Made by a program: the position numbers and the translations under genes. A stretch of DNA of 64,000 bases from Tricharina praecox (lineage: Eukaryota). Shown piece by piece: positions 49,342-64,000 of this stretch. Location: the NCBI RefSeq assembly GCF_024521635.1, contig NW_026250415.1, positions 558,001-622,000 of the forward strand, written 5' to 3'. The notes below the pieces were generated by a model. That model was not told the DNA's origin. It searched no databases and saw only the letters and a list, made by a program, of their open reading frames with translations. The first letter of the stretch is position 1; every line of letters starts with the position of its first letter.

Positions 49342-50218
49342 CTAAAACAACCTGTTCGCAGCCTTGTCCTTCTTGGCCTTCTTCTTCCCGCTCTTTGCCG
49401 GCTTCGCGTCCAAGTGCTTGAACAACAAACTAGGCGACTCATTGTTTGCAGCCACGTCCGCACTGAGAAATCCTCTGTGCTTCGGATCCCGGTAGTACTC
49501 GATATCGAATCTGCTCGACGGTCCAGCGAGCCTGTGACCCTCCTCAAACGCTCGCAGGTGGGGATGCGTAATGGATTTGATGCCGATCTTGTTGAAGAAC
49601 TGAGTTGTGATCGTCCCACCAGCCTTCTCGATGGCCTCGATCGCCGACGTAGATGCTCGCGACACGGTAATGTCGATCGGGGTCTTGAAGGTGTCGGCGC
49701 CGTTGCCAAGAAGTTTCACGCCGTCTTTGATGCCATGCACCGCTCGTGTGTCGAGGAGCTCTTTGAATGTGATGGGTTTCGTGGGGTCAATCCGACCAGC
49801 GTCGATCCATTCCTGGAGTTTTCCGAGGTTCAGGGGAGACATGTGCACCGAGAAGCTGGAACGGTGTGTCAGCGGCAGGTCCACATCCAATCACAACGAT
49901 CCCGAGCGGTCAAGCGGCATACACATTCTTGAATCCTCGCTCTCCGTGGACAACCTCGAGTTTGGTTTGTCCTCCGTTGAACCCAGCCGGCACCTTTCCG
50001 TGCTGCTTCTGACCTTTGTGACCACGACCCGAGGTCTTTCCCTTGCCGGAAGACGGACCACGTCCTCGTCGGATGCGCTTGTTGTAGGCGTCGGGATGAT
50101 CGCTGAGGCTGCCAAGAATCGAGGCATGTCGGACTTGGGGAGCGAAGAGCTGGCAGAAAAACAACGGCGACTTCGATGGCCGCAGGATCGACCGCGTTGT
50201 GTGCGAAAGGGTGTTCAT
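49342..50218 (-). CDS. MRPL10: Mitochondrial large-subunit ribosomal protein uL15m
   Basis: [58 protein letters not shown]; intron 49856-49922. Confidence 0.94.
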
Positions 50219-50587
50219 GGCGGCTGCAGGCGTAGGGCGGACGGGTGAGCTTGACGTTCACGGCAACTGCAAGGACTCGCTCGCTGCGATTTATTTTTTG
50301 GTGTGGGGTTTACCCGGCCCAAACGCTGGGAAAGGCAGAAGAGCCTCGCAGCCGGGTTTCTCATCGCCTCGCCTCCTTCTTCGCGTTCGCGAAAGAGACA
50401 CAACACCGGGCAAGTGACAACGCACCAACATCCTACCACCGCCACCACTGGCCTCCTCCACCACCATCATCGCTATCCAACCCAATTTCGGATCACCCTC
50501 GCGAGTCTACCTTTCAACATAACCTTCACAGCAGTAAAACCACCCTCTCGCTTCGGAGCCGTCGCGCTCTAACAACCCTCCGCCAAC

Positions 50588-52283
50588 ATGACCGACAAAC
50601 TTCCCCCCAACTTGCTCGCGCTCTTCGCACCGCGTCCACCGCTGCGTTATCTCCCCCATTGTGACCATGAGCCAGCCAAGCGCCGCACAATGCCCATCTC
50701 CGGCGTCGCCGCGTTCCTCGAAGAATTCCGGAAGCCAGATCTCGACTATGTCCCTACAGAGAGTTGGCTGCAGAAACGCGATCGTTTGCAGCTCGAAAAG
50801 AAAGAGCGTCAGGAGAAGAAGATCCAAGAGGGACTGGAAACCTGTAAGTTTACACTTGCCGGCCGAAGGAAAAGCGCAAATGCTGTTTTTTTTTGTTGCA
50901 AGAGCGATGATCGTTCAGCGCGCTAATGCGAGAGTGTACCTGCAGACAAGCCTGAAAGCGATGCTCAAATTCGTGGCGACCCCTACAGAACGTTGTTCGT
51001 GTCCCGGCTGAGCTACGAGGTGAAAGAACCGGATCTTGAGCGAGAGTTCGGGCGCTTCGGACCAATTGAAAGGGTACGCCTCTCTCTCTCTCGTCACTAT
51101 TGGGATATCCGATTGTGGACTAATAGCAACGGTAGATCCGTATTGTACGCGACAAGACGACCAATAAACATAGAGGATATGCATTCATCGTCTACGAGCG
51201 AGAAAAGGATATGAAGGGTACTGTTATAATAATATTCCCCCACCCCTCCCCTATCTCGCCCTCCCGCTCTTCCCCCCACTCTTTTCTCGATTTGAGGACC
51301 GCCAAATTATATGGGTATTCTTCGCATCGTGAGCAGTGATGGCCACGATCCGCACCGCAAGGTTGTTTACAGTAGGAATAAGTTGACTGACACTAAGCTT
51401 CATTTGCTGTCCACTCACTTCAGCCGCATACAAGGAAACAGATGGAATCCGCATTAAAGACCGCCGCGTTCTCGTCGACGTTGAACGTGGCCGTACCGTG
51501 AAGGGCTGGAAACCAAGGCGTCTCGGCGGAGGCTTGGGAGGCCGTGGCTACACTAAGGCCCCTATAGCTCGTCCTGCTGGACCTGTCGGCGGCTTCGGAG
51601 GCGACCGCTTCGGTGGTGGAGACCGTGGTGGCCGTGGTGGTGGCTTCAGAGGGGGCTTCCGTGGTGGTCGCGGCGGAGGCTTCACCGGAGGAAACAGGTT
51701 CGAACAAGGTGGTGGAGGGGGAGGAGGCCGTGGCCCCCGAGGCGGTATCGGATACCAAGGTGGGGGTAGCTTCGGTGGAGGAGACAGGAACGCTTTCGCA
51801 GCATCTGGAGAAGGTATGCCCAATGCACCCACTGGACCTGGTGGCCGCCGTGGAGGCGGAGGCGGGTACCAGGGTGGTGGCGGATTCGGTGGTGGCGGTG
51901 GTGGCGGCGGCTTCCAAGGCGGCGACGGTGGCCGAGGCGGGTATGATCGCGGCGAGCGCGGTGACCGCGGCGGCGACCGCGGCGGATTCGGTGGGTATGG
52001 TGATCGCGGTGATCGACGTGGTGGTGGCTACGACCGTGAGGGCGGCAACAGAGGCGGCGACAGGTATGGTGGTGACCGTGACGGTGGTGATCGTGGCGAC
52101 CGTGGTGATCGTGGTGACCGCGGTGATCGCGGCGATCGTGGAGACCGTGGTGACAGAGGTGGAGGAAGGTATGGCGGACACCAGAGAGACGACAGAGAGG
52201 AACACGGCGGATACCAACGGAAACGGCCTCATGATGACAGCGCTCACGGCGGCGGTGGTGACCGTCACCGACGAAGGTATTAG
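50588..52283 (+). CDS. SNP1: U1 snRNP 70 kDa protein
   Basis: [34 protein letters not shown]1 [33 protein letters not shown]/(GDR)n tail; introns 50844-50945, 51074-51135, 51218-51423. Confidence 0.96.
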
Positions 52284-52901
52284 TACCTTCGTGGGGTGTA
52301 TTCAGGTGGGCAAAGGTATTCTTTCATCCATAAGTATCTTTCGTGGGGCACTTTCAGCGTTGGGTATGAATTCAACAAATGGAGGACTACGCGGGATCCA
52401 ATCACGATCGAGTACTCGTCAATTAGTTTTCTCTCTCATCACCACCTTTTCAATGCACTGGCATACACGGAAAGAAGAAAAAAAGCACCGGGTTTGTTCT
52501 CCTCCAGCCGATGGGTGAGCTTTGTAGGATAGGAAGAATCAACAACGAGCTTGGTTGATTTGTCTGGCGGCGAGGGGAGGTTTTGTTTTGCTTTTGCGAT
52601 GTCTCATGTTTTTTCAACCGGGAGGACGGACGGGGGGTTTAAAAATCACTTTGATCGACGAGTTCTTGGTTTGTATTACTTTCTGTTTTCTTTCTTTCTT
52701 CTTTCGATTACTTCTTGTTCCTGGCTTCTGTCTGTGGTTTTTTTCTTTTGTTTTGTTTTATCTTTCCTTGTCCGGATGGATTCCTGGTGTTCGGGTAAGG
52801 ACGTCGGGTTCATTCTTCATGTTGCTTTCTTGTTTAATGTCTTCTTTTGTCATTCAAAGGTGAGTATAAATTGGTAAGGAGAGAAAAGTGAGAGGCGAGA
52901 C

Positions 52902-52903
<2 letters not shown>

Positions 52904-52941
<38 letters not shown>
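52904..52941. repeat. (AG)n microsatellite, about 19 units
   Basis: Directly visible. Confidence 0.95.
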
Positions 52942-52945
<4 letters not shown>

Positions 52946-54348
52946 ACCGGAACATATACCAGTTCAGTTCAGTTCAGTTATTCACAGCTCTTGTCCAGGC
53001 TACCTAGCCTGGACTCTGGGTAAGTCTGGCGGTTGTTTTATGCGTTTTGTGTAGTGGTAGCTAGTGCATCTAAGCAGCGGTGCTGTTGGTGGTGTTGGTG
53101 GTGGTAACGGCGGTGCTGAGAGTAATGATCATGGGAGAGCTGGAGTCATTTGTTTTAGTCAACGTGATGTGCATGAGCTGTGGGGGCGGGGGCGGGGGAT
53201 GGGGACGGAGGTCGGGGGACGGGATGTCTGACGCCATCACACATCCGCCTGGCCGGAGCCACGTTATCTACAGGACGACTTCAAAAGTACCCAACCGGAT
53301 AACTGCATCGCATCGCTCGAAAGAGCGGCGCCGTTCCTATATCAGAGGTGTTGTATATATCGATACTTTGTTCGATATTCATAGTTCCATCCGCACGACT
53401 TCCACGGTAGCAATCCCCCCCAAAACACTCCACGCATTACCTCCGTATATCAGCCCTCGGCGGTGTATTGCCTTTCAATACTCAGCATACGATACATCAT
53501 ATCACACTCTTGGCCCCAAGGTTCCTGGATTCGGGCAGTTTCGAAGTCATCAGCAGATACCGTGATACCTAACTGACGTAAGATGTAATTTCTCAGCTTT
53601 GTTTTCTTGTACTTGGCACACAGCTCATTGCCTGAACAAAAAGTAAAGCAAATAGAAACATACCGTAATAGCTCTTTTCATGTTGCTACATAGTATGGCA
53701 ATAAATCATTTCCTCATAGGTGAGATGTTACGGTGCTCGAGTACGTCAGTCGGACCCGCTTCGGTCTCGGCCCGAAGCCGGCGCCGTAGAATGGCTGGTC
53801 TCGGTGATGTCTCAAGTACATACAATGTAATGTACCGGTATGGCCTTTGAATACCTAGAGACTGCCGGTCTGCACTTTTGAAATCCCCACTCCTATGTAG
53901 AAACTAAAAGTAAGTACTTCTGTGGCCACGTTCCAAAGATCTGAATCTCTGCAGACCCTGGTCCATGGCTGGTACGTGGGGTTTCTCCGCAGCCGCCAAA
54001 CCGTACCAACCCCGGATTTCGGCGTGTGACATCGCATGTGATGGCGTAACCCTCATCCTGCGTCCGTTCCACCGCGGTCCTGCCTGCTGGACTCGTGCAT
54101 CCACCCCACCTTCATCTCTCTCCTCCCCCTCTGCTTCTCCCTCGTTCCGACTTTGTTCCGTCCAACCGGTTTGCTTTTAGACAACACGAAGTTCCCCCTT
54201 GACCCGGACATTTCCTCCTTCTTCCTCCTCCTCCCGTCTCTTGCCTTGCTTATTATCTTTCTTTCTCTCTCTGTCTCTGTTCTCGGGTCTTCGTCCCGCC
54301 GCCACATACCAAACCCACTTTAACAATCCCTCGTGATTGCTAGCACGG

Positions 54349-56565
54349 ATGTTGTCGAACGTGCTTTGCCGAGGCACGTCAGCGTTTAAGTCCATTACCT
54401 CGGCCGCAGTCCGGCGCCCTGTCGCTCTTTCTCAGGTACGCCGTGCACTTGCTTACAAAAAAATATCTTGCACCTGAGCTTCATATCCTCTCGTATTTTT
54501 ATCTCTTAGAAGAATATTCGAAGTTAACTTTTGTACTTTTGTTTGTTGAAGATCCGAAAGATGGCCCCAGCAGCTGTACGATCAAACTCATCGGCCCCTC
54601 CAGGTACGTATCATAGTCCCGGCGTGTCGTGGTGGACATAACTGACGGAGCAAAAGGATATGTGGAAGACATGAGTAAAGGGCGCATGCTGCGATTCCAG
54701 GAGTCGCTACCGCGCCTACCCGTGCCTTCGCTCGAAGAGACCGCTTCGCGCTACCTCAAATCCGTGCACCCCATCATCACCCCCAAAGAATACGAGAACA
54801 CCAAAATCGCCGTCGACGAGTTCATCCGTCCCGGCGGAATCGGCGAGGAGCTGCAGAAAAAGCTTGTTGAGCGTCGGGAACGATCAGATGTCCAGAACTG
54901 GCTTTCGGAGTGGTGGAATTTCTCGGCGTACCTCGGATACCGTGACCCGGTCGTGCCATACGTCAGCTACTTCTACTCGTATAAGGATGACAAGCGGTTG
55001 CGCAACCCGGCGAAGCGCGCGGCGGCCATCACCGCGGCGGCGCTCGAGTTCCGCAAGGAGGTGGTCACCGGGAATCTCGAGCCCGAGTACATGCGCAAGG
55101 CGCCGATCTGTATGGACTCGTACAAGTACATGTTCAACTGCAGTCGGATCCCCGAGAAGCCGGCCGACTACGCCAAGAAGTATGACTACGACGCGCACAA
55201 GCACATCGTCGTGGTGCGCAAGAACCAGTTCTTCAAGGTTCTCCACGAGGTCGACGGGAAGCAGTTGACGGGTGGCGAGCTGGAGCACCAGTTCAACCGC
55301 ATCTACGAGCTGGCGAATTCCCAGAAGGTACCGGCGGTGGGCGCGCTGACCAGTGAGAACCGCGATATCTGGACCGATGCAAGGGCGCAGCTCATCGAAG
55401 CTTCTCCGGACAACCTGAAGGCCCTCGAAGCTATCGAGTCCGCGTCGTTCGTGGTCTGCCTTGACGACACTGCGCCGGTGACCCTGGAGGAGCGCGCTCA
55501 TCAGTACTGGCACGGCGACGGCCAGAACCGGTTCTACGACAAGCCTGTGCAGTTCATCGTCAACGAGAATGGCACTGCTGGCTTCATCGGAGAGCACTCG
55601 ATGATGGACGGCACCCCGACCCTGCGATTGAACGACTACGTGTGTGATCTGATCGCGAGCGACAAGGTCACGGTCGATGCGTCGTCGGTCCGCAGCAACC
55701 TGCCCGAACCTGAGGCGATTAAATTCACCATCTCCACCGAGGTCCACGAGAAGATCGACCAGGCTCAGACCCACTTCCGTGAGCTCATGGCAAAGCACGA
55801 TCTTAAGGTCTTGCAGTTCTTGGGCTACGGAAAGGGCATGATCAAGAAGTTCAAGTGCTCTCCCGACGCTTATGTGCAGATGATCATCCAGTTGGCATAT
55901 TTCAAGATGTATGTTTCTTCCCTTCCCTACCTTTGTGATCGAATGAGCGAGACTGACATGTGATGACAGGTACGGCAAGAACCGCCCCACTTACGAGTCC
56001 GCTGCCACCCGCAAGTTCCAGCTCGGCCGTACCGAAACCTGCCGAAGTGTCTCGGAGGCCAGTGTCGCCTGGTGCAAGGCCATGAACGACCCCAACGTCG
56101 ACGTAAGTTGCCCACAGGACTCTTTCTCTCCTTCACATGCTCACCATCCCCCAGGTCAAAACCTGCATCAACCTCCTTCGCGAGGCTATCAAGTCTCACG
56201 TCGAGTACATCTCCGCCGCCGGTGACGGCAAGGGTGTTGACCGCCACCTCTTCGGTCTCAAGCAGCTCCTTGCACCCGGTCAAGAGCTCCCGGCGATCTA
56301 CAAGGACCCCGCCTTCGGCTACAGCAGCAGCTGGTTCCTTTCCACCTCCCAGCTGAACTCGGAGCACTTCAACGGCTACGGATGGAGTCAGGTTATTGAC
56401 CAGGGCTTCGGAATCGCGTACATGGTCAACGAGAACACCCTGCAGTTCAACATTGCCAGCAAGAAGCTTGGTGCCGACAAGATGAACTTCTACCTTACCG
56501 AGGCTGCGAATGAGATGAGGGCGCTTATGGAGACGGAGCTCGAGGCGCCCAAGGCGAAGTTGTAG
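54349..56565 (+). CDS. CAT2: Carnitine O-acetyltransferase, mitochondrial/peroxisomal (Cat2/AcuJ type)
   Basis: Exons 54349-54435, 54552-54603, 54657-55908, 55970-56102, 56155-56565. LPRLPVPSLEET, NRFYDKP, catalytic EHSMMDG, YESAATRKFQLGRTE, GKGVDRHLFGL, LSTSQL; C-terminal PTS1 -AKL. Confidence 0.95.
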
Positions 56566-57029
56566 GAGTTTCTTTATTTTTGGGGTTTGGCTTTTGGATT
56601 TACGTTTTTTTTGGATGCTTGGTTTTCGGTTTGCGTCGTGTCTGTCTGTATGTTACCCATCGTCGTTGTCGTCTCTTTATCTGTGTAGGTCTAGTAGAAT
56701 TAGAAATCTAGAATAGATGTTTTTCTGCTATATATACATCTTTTGGTCAATTCTGCATGTCTATTTCCACCGTGAGCAATAAACGCTAGAATCGAGATTA
56801 TGCCGCGTAAAGATGAACCCAGAGTTGCCGGTTGCCATGACGACAGCCCTGTTGGGCAACTCAATCCCCGAACTCCGATATGGACATCACAGCTTCCTTT
56901 CTCCTTGAATCAACACCATACCTCACCACCACACAACCACGCTCATACATACTCATTGTCCACAGCATCCACCGTAACAGCTACCTCGTCTACATTACCG
57001 CAATTCCACACATCGCACCAACACCCCCA

Positions 57030-57845
57030 ATGCCAGCACAAGCATACCCGCCGATGTCACTAGCGCCGCCAAAACCGCACAAAGACGCCGCCACCGACCC
57101 CAAAACACCCGCCCCTCCACCGGCGCTCTTAGCCACACAGCGCGACCCGGTCCCACCGCCGCGCGACCGGGACGCGCACGCCCTCTCGCGGGCCGCCGCG
57201 ACGGCGACGACCATCACGCCGCGCCGCCCGCACAGCCCGCCCCTCCCGCAAGCGCAGCAAAGCAAAAAACGCAAGCTCGCACGGCCTCCCGCCGCCTCAG
57301 CGGGGGCACCCTTCCACGCCGCACGGTTCCCACACTTACCGGCTCCTCCACCCGCCGCCTCTGCCTCTGCCGCCGCCGCCGTTATCGACCCGCTCGCGGC
57401 GACAGTCGCCACATATATCTCGACCACCACGCGGCGGGCAGCCGACATCACGATCGCGCTGAAGCGGCGGGCGCAGAGCTACGAGATGATTGCGACGCAT
57501 GAGCGGTGGGCGGAGTTTGCGCGCGGGCCCGAGAGCGCACGGCTCGATCTGCTGCGTGCCATGGATGATGCCGTCCAGGCGGACCGCGAGATTATTAGGG
57601 TTATTGCCGCTGAGCTGAGGGATACGATTGAGGCTAGAGAGAGGTTGGGGGGAATCGTGGATAGGGAGCTTACGGGTGAGGGAAAGGGGATGGGGGTGGC
57701 GATGGCAAAGGGGGAGGGCGCGGTGAGGAAGAGGGTTGTTGGTAGGAGAAGGGGGTGGGGATGGGGGAGGACCACGGTGCTCATTTGGGTACTCTTGCTG
57801 ATGGCGTGCGCGGTCAAGTGGTACTTGGGGCTGGACAGGTTATGA
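57030..57845 (+). CDS. Hypothetical tail-anchored protein with a SNARE-like helix
   Basis: Pro/Ala-rich N-terminus, amphipathic helix, basic linker RKRVVGRRR, terminal hydrophobic TVLIWVLLLMACAVKWYLGL; start uncertain. Confidence 0.65.
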   Translation: MPAQAYPPMSLAPPKPHKDAATDPKTPAPPPALLATQRDPVPPPRDRDAHALSRAAATATTITPRRPHSPPLPQAQQSKKRKLARPPAASAGAPFHAARFPHLPAPPPAASASAAAAVIDPLAATVATYISTTTRRAADITIALKRRAQSYEMIATHERWAEFARGPESARLDLLRAMDDAVQADREIIRVIAAELRDTIEARERLGGIVDRELTGEGKGMGVAMAKGEGAVRKRVVGRRRGWGWGRTTVLIWVLLLMACAVKWYLGLDRL

Positions 57846-58069
57846 TCTTTTCTAATGGCTTTTTCGGGGGTTTTGATCGGGTGTAAGATATTTAGATTTG
57901 GGTAGCCGCATTACGGACATGGGTTACATGTAATATACTTCTTTTGTTACGCTGGGCGAAATGATGGCTCGACTTCTTCTCAGCTCTTAGGACGAACGGC
58001 TATCGTGATATTTCATAGATCTAACTATGGACATCCATCCATCCCTCTCTTGTCCATTACCGTCGCCGT

Positions 58070-60053
58070 CTATTGCCCGCCATGAGGATCCTCGGCTGGT
58101 TGTTCGGCTGCGCAATCTAGTCAGCATCACCTCTCACTCACTCATCCACATCACTGGGGAGGAAACTCACGATCCAGTTTGATCATCGTATCGATACGCA
58201 TGATCGAGATACAAGCCTCGACGGCACTTTTGAGAGACTTGACCTTACTCATGGACGGCTCGAGGACACCGGCCTTCACCTCGTCTACGACCTTGCCCCG
58301 CATCAGGTCCAGACCGTAGTTCTTGTAGCCCTTCTTCTTGGAATCAGTCTCATCCGCGTTCTGGCTGGCTGCGTGGTATGAGCGCAGTTTTGCAACCAGG
58401 TCGGACGAGTCCTTGGCGGCGTTGATCGCCAGAGTCTTGGGGATGATGAGAAGGGCGGTAGCAAATTCGGCAATCGCGAGCTGTTCGCGGGAGCCCTGTA
58501 ATGCGTGTTAGTATATGTATATGCGGGAATGAGAGGGTGTGATTTACCAAAGTGGTGGCGAAGTTCTCGAGGTAGATGGACAGGGCAGTCTCTACTGCTC
58601 CACCGCCGGGGACGACCTTTCCGCTCTCGAGTGTCCGCTTGACAGCGCACAGGGAGTCGTGAACGGAGCGCTCCATCTCGTCGAGCTGGTAGTCGTTGGC
58701 ACCACGGAGGATGATGGAAGCCGAGGGGAAGGCCTTGGTTCCCTTGACGAGGATGCACTCGTCGTCGGATATCCTCTCCTGGACGACCTCCTCGGCGAAA
58801 CCAAGACTTGACGGGTCGAAGACCTCATCACCCTCGAGGTTGGAAAGCGAACCGACGAGAGTAGCACCGGTTGCCTTGGCGATTCTTCGGAGGTCCTCCT
58901 TCTTGCAGCGACGTACGGCCATGACACCCCGTTCCACAAAGGACTTCAGGCACAGGTCGTCAATACCCTTGGTGGTCAGCACGACGTTGGCGCCGGCATC
59001 GAGGATGAGCTTGATGCGGTCCAACACCATGGATGCTTCCCTCTCGCGGATCTTCTCGAGCTGCGCAGGGTCGTCGATGGTGATGTGCACGCCGAGGGCC
59101 ATTCTCTGCTTCTGGAAGTTGATGTCGAGGACAGCGATCTTTGCGTTCTGGATTCGGATAGGCATGGCCTGCGAGGCGACAGTGCAGTTCAACGCATATC
59201 CCTTCACCAACATCGTCTCCAACGCACTCTTTCCGTGGGCCTTCAGGATGTTGACCGCCTTAACCGGATACTTGGTTTCACCCCTGCCGTTGGTGGCCTT
59301 CACCGCCTGCATAGCATCCACGCACATGTTGGCGAAGAATTCCGAGTCCGAACCAATGATCTTGGAGGACATGGAGGTCTTTGCGATGTTGACAAGAGTT
59401 TCCCGGCCTAACGCGTCCACCGAAACCGACATGACATCCTGCATGAACCGCAGGGCCTCCCGCAGCGCAATTCGGTATCCGGTTATTATGGTTGTGGTGT
59501 GGATTCGGTTGCGGATCAGGTCGTTGGCTCGCTTGATGAGTTCGGATGCGAGTATCACTACCGTTGTGGTGCCATCTCCAACCTGATTTGATTCCATCAG
59601 CGAGGGGTTCTCCCCTTAGTAGTCTCCGAGGTTCGCATCGACTTGTCGTACCTCTTTATCTTGTTGCTGCGCCAGCTGTACCAGAATCTTTCCGGCAGGA
59701 TGGTCCACGTCCAGCAGACTCAATATTGTAGCACCGTCGTTGGTCACCGTCACATCACCAATGTCATCCACCATCATCTTGTCGAGCCCGGCCGGGCCGA
59801 AGGAGCTCTTGACGATATTTGCGATAGCTTGCGTAGCGAGAACTGCAGATAGAGCCGTCAACGAACCGAATCGAAGAAACCGGGAGGATTGGGTTAATAC
59901 CATTTTGGTCTCGAATGTCGGAACCACTGATTTTCTCACCACCGAGGACTGGGTAATCGATGGAATTAGCAACGGCAGGCAAGCAGAGGTTATTTTGTGG
60001 TATAGCTTACAGAGAGTACCACTGTTTCTAGGAGCTGAGAAGATTCCAGCCAT
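58070..60053 (-). CDS. TCP1: Chaperonin CCT/TRiC subunit alpha
   Basis: [63 protein letters not shown]; multi-exon, ends [11 protein letters not shown]. Confidence 0.96.
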
Positions 60054-60662
60054 AATATATGATGGAAGTTGGGACAATCGAGACGTTCGAGATGCGTGGT
60101 TGTAGCAGATGGCGGGGGGAGCAATACAGCAGCAGCAACAAGTAGTAGTTTATCTTTTCTGGGAGTTGAGCCTCGCACATTAGCTGAGTGAAGGAGGATG
60201 TGGCTTAGCAGTGGCATGTTGGCCCCGCCTATCGGATTGGTACTTAGCATGCCCAGTCCTACGCAGGCTTCGACACAGCCAATCACGCTTGCCAATAGGC
60301 TTGTCATCATCAGGCCTTCCTCCGTCCATGTATGTACGGCAGACAGCTCTCCACCCTCATCCTTCCCGAGAAAACCAAGTACTATACGTTTACCTCCCTA
60401 GTGCTTTACCGGCTCAACAACCACTCCACCCGCAAGACCTCCATTGCAACCTTCCGTATTCTCGAAATCTCGAACGCCCTCCGGCCTCAGCAGCGACATC
60501 AGCAGGCTTCCACGCGTCGGAACCAAACCTTACCGCCCGACACAACTTGCATCCGTGGTTGGAACATTTCACAACTTCAAAGTCGATCTACGAGGCTAAC
60601 ACTTCGTTTTTTCCGTAACGAAAGCACCTTTCTTTCTTCTAGGCGCAGCAGCAGACACAAAG

Positions 60663-63434
<2,772 letters not shown>

Positions 63435-64000
63435 ATAGAGCCGGACGCGGATTGGAATGGCATTATTTCAAGGCAACTGTCAGGTAGATGATTTGGTGCA
63501 TTGCTTGATTGGTACGATACACGGTAGTCGGTTGAAGGCAGCTTCTCAGTTTCATGTGCGTGCGTGTTTTTTCTTCTTTCCCAGCCACTGCAGTTTACTG
63601 GCTGGATAATGGGATTGTATTGGATCGGTGTTTGATAGAGATACTTTCTGTATGTAAGTGCTTTTGTATGATTTTTGCGAAGTAGGTTAGCGGAGATATC
63701 ACGTGCTGCTAGCCAAGGTGCCATGATTCGCGTGGCCCCTTTCTGTGAATATTTCACTATACGCGCACACGCGTTTCGAATATCCTGCACAACCTTAGAC
63801 ACGCCTCCACCCGCATCATCCTTCCACGCCACACTCCGCCAATTCATCTCTCTTCACGACTAACGACTCTCTTTCTTCAAGCGGTGGAATATCTCTCTCA
63901 AATCGGCCTCCATTCATCGCTATTAAAGCCTTCTCCACGATCTGACGCCCCCGAACCACAATCTCTGAAACCCCACCTTCTATCACTCCACAATCACAAT

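Overview
Eukaryotic genomic DNA from a filamentous ascomycete (Pezizomycotina-type short introns with GT..CTRAY..YAG signals; the exact taxon cannot be determined from sequence). Two compact housekeeping blocks flank a gene-poor, repeat-rich accessory interval. Left block (1-7.2 kb): KIN17/RTS2, NAM9, MED21/SRB7, MRPL27, IRC3. Right block (48-63.4 kb): MRT4, MRPL10, SNP1/U1-70K, carnitine acetyltransferase, a tail-anchored protein, TCP1, PRP4 kinase. The interval between them (about 7.3-48 kb) holds decayed repeats, a cytochrome P450 with a likely GC-AG intron, a microsatellite-rich 8 kb spacer, a small coiled-coil gene, a hAT transposase relic, a ~2049-aa NACHT/TPR NLR-like gene, a small BTB-like gene, and a three-gene module (GH88 hydrolase, Zn2Cys6 regulator, DAL5/ACS-family transporter). 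Best lead: the GH88 and transporter promoters share a 25-bp CGG-triplet element (22/25 identical), suggesting a self-contained, locally regulated uptake-and-hydrolysis system for unsaturated uronate oligosaccharides. All gene models were derived by eye and no searches were run.
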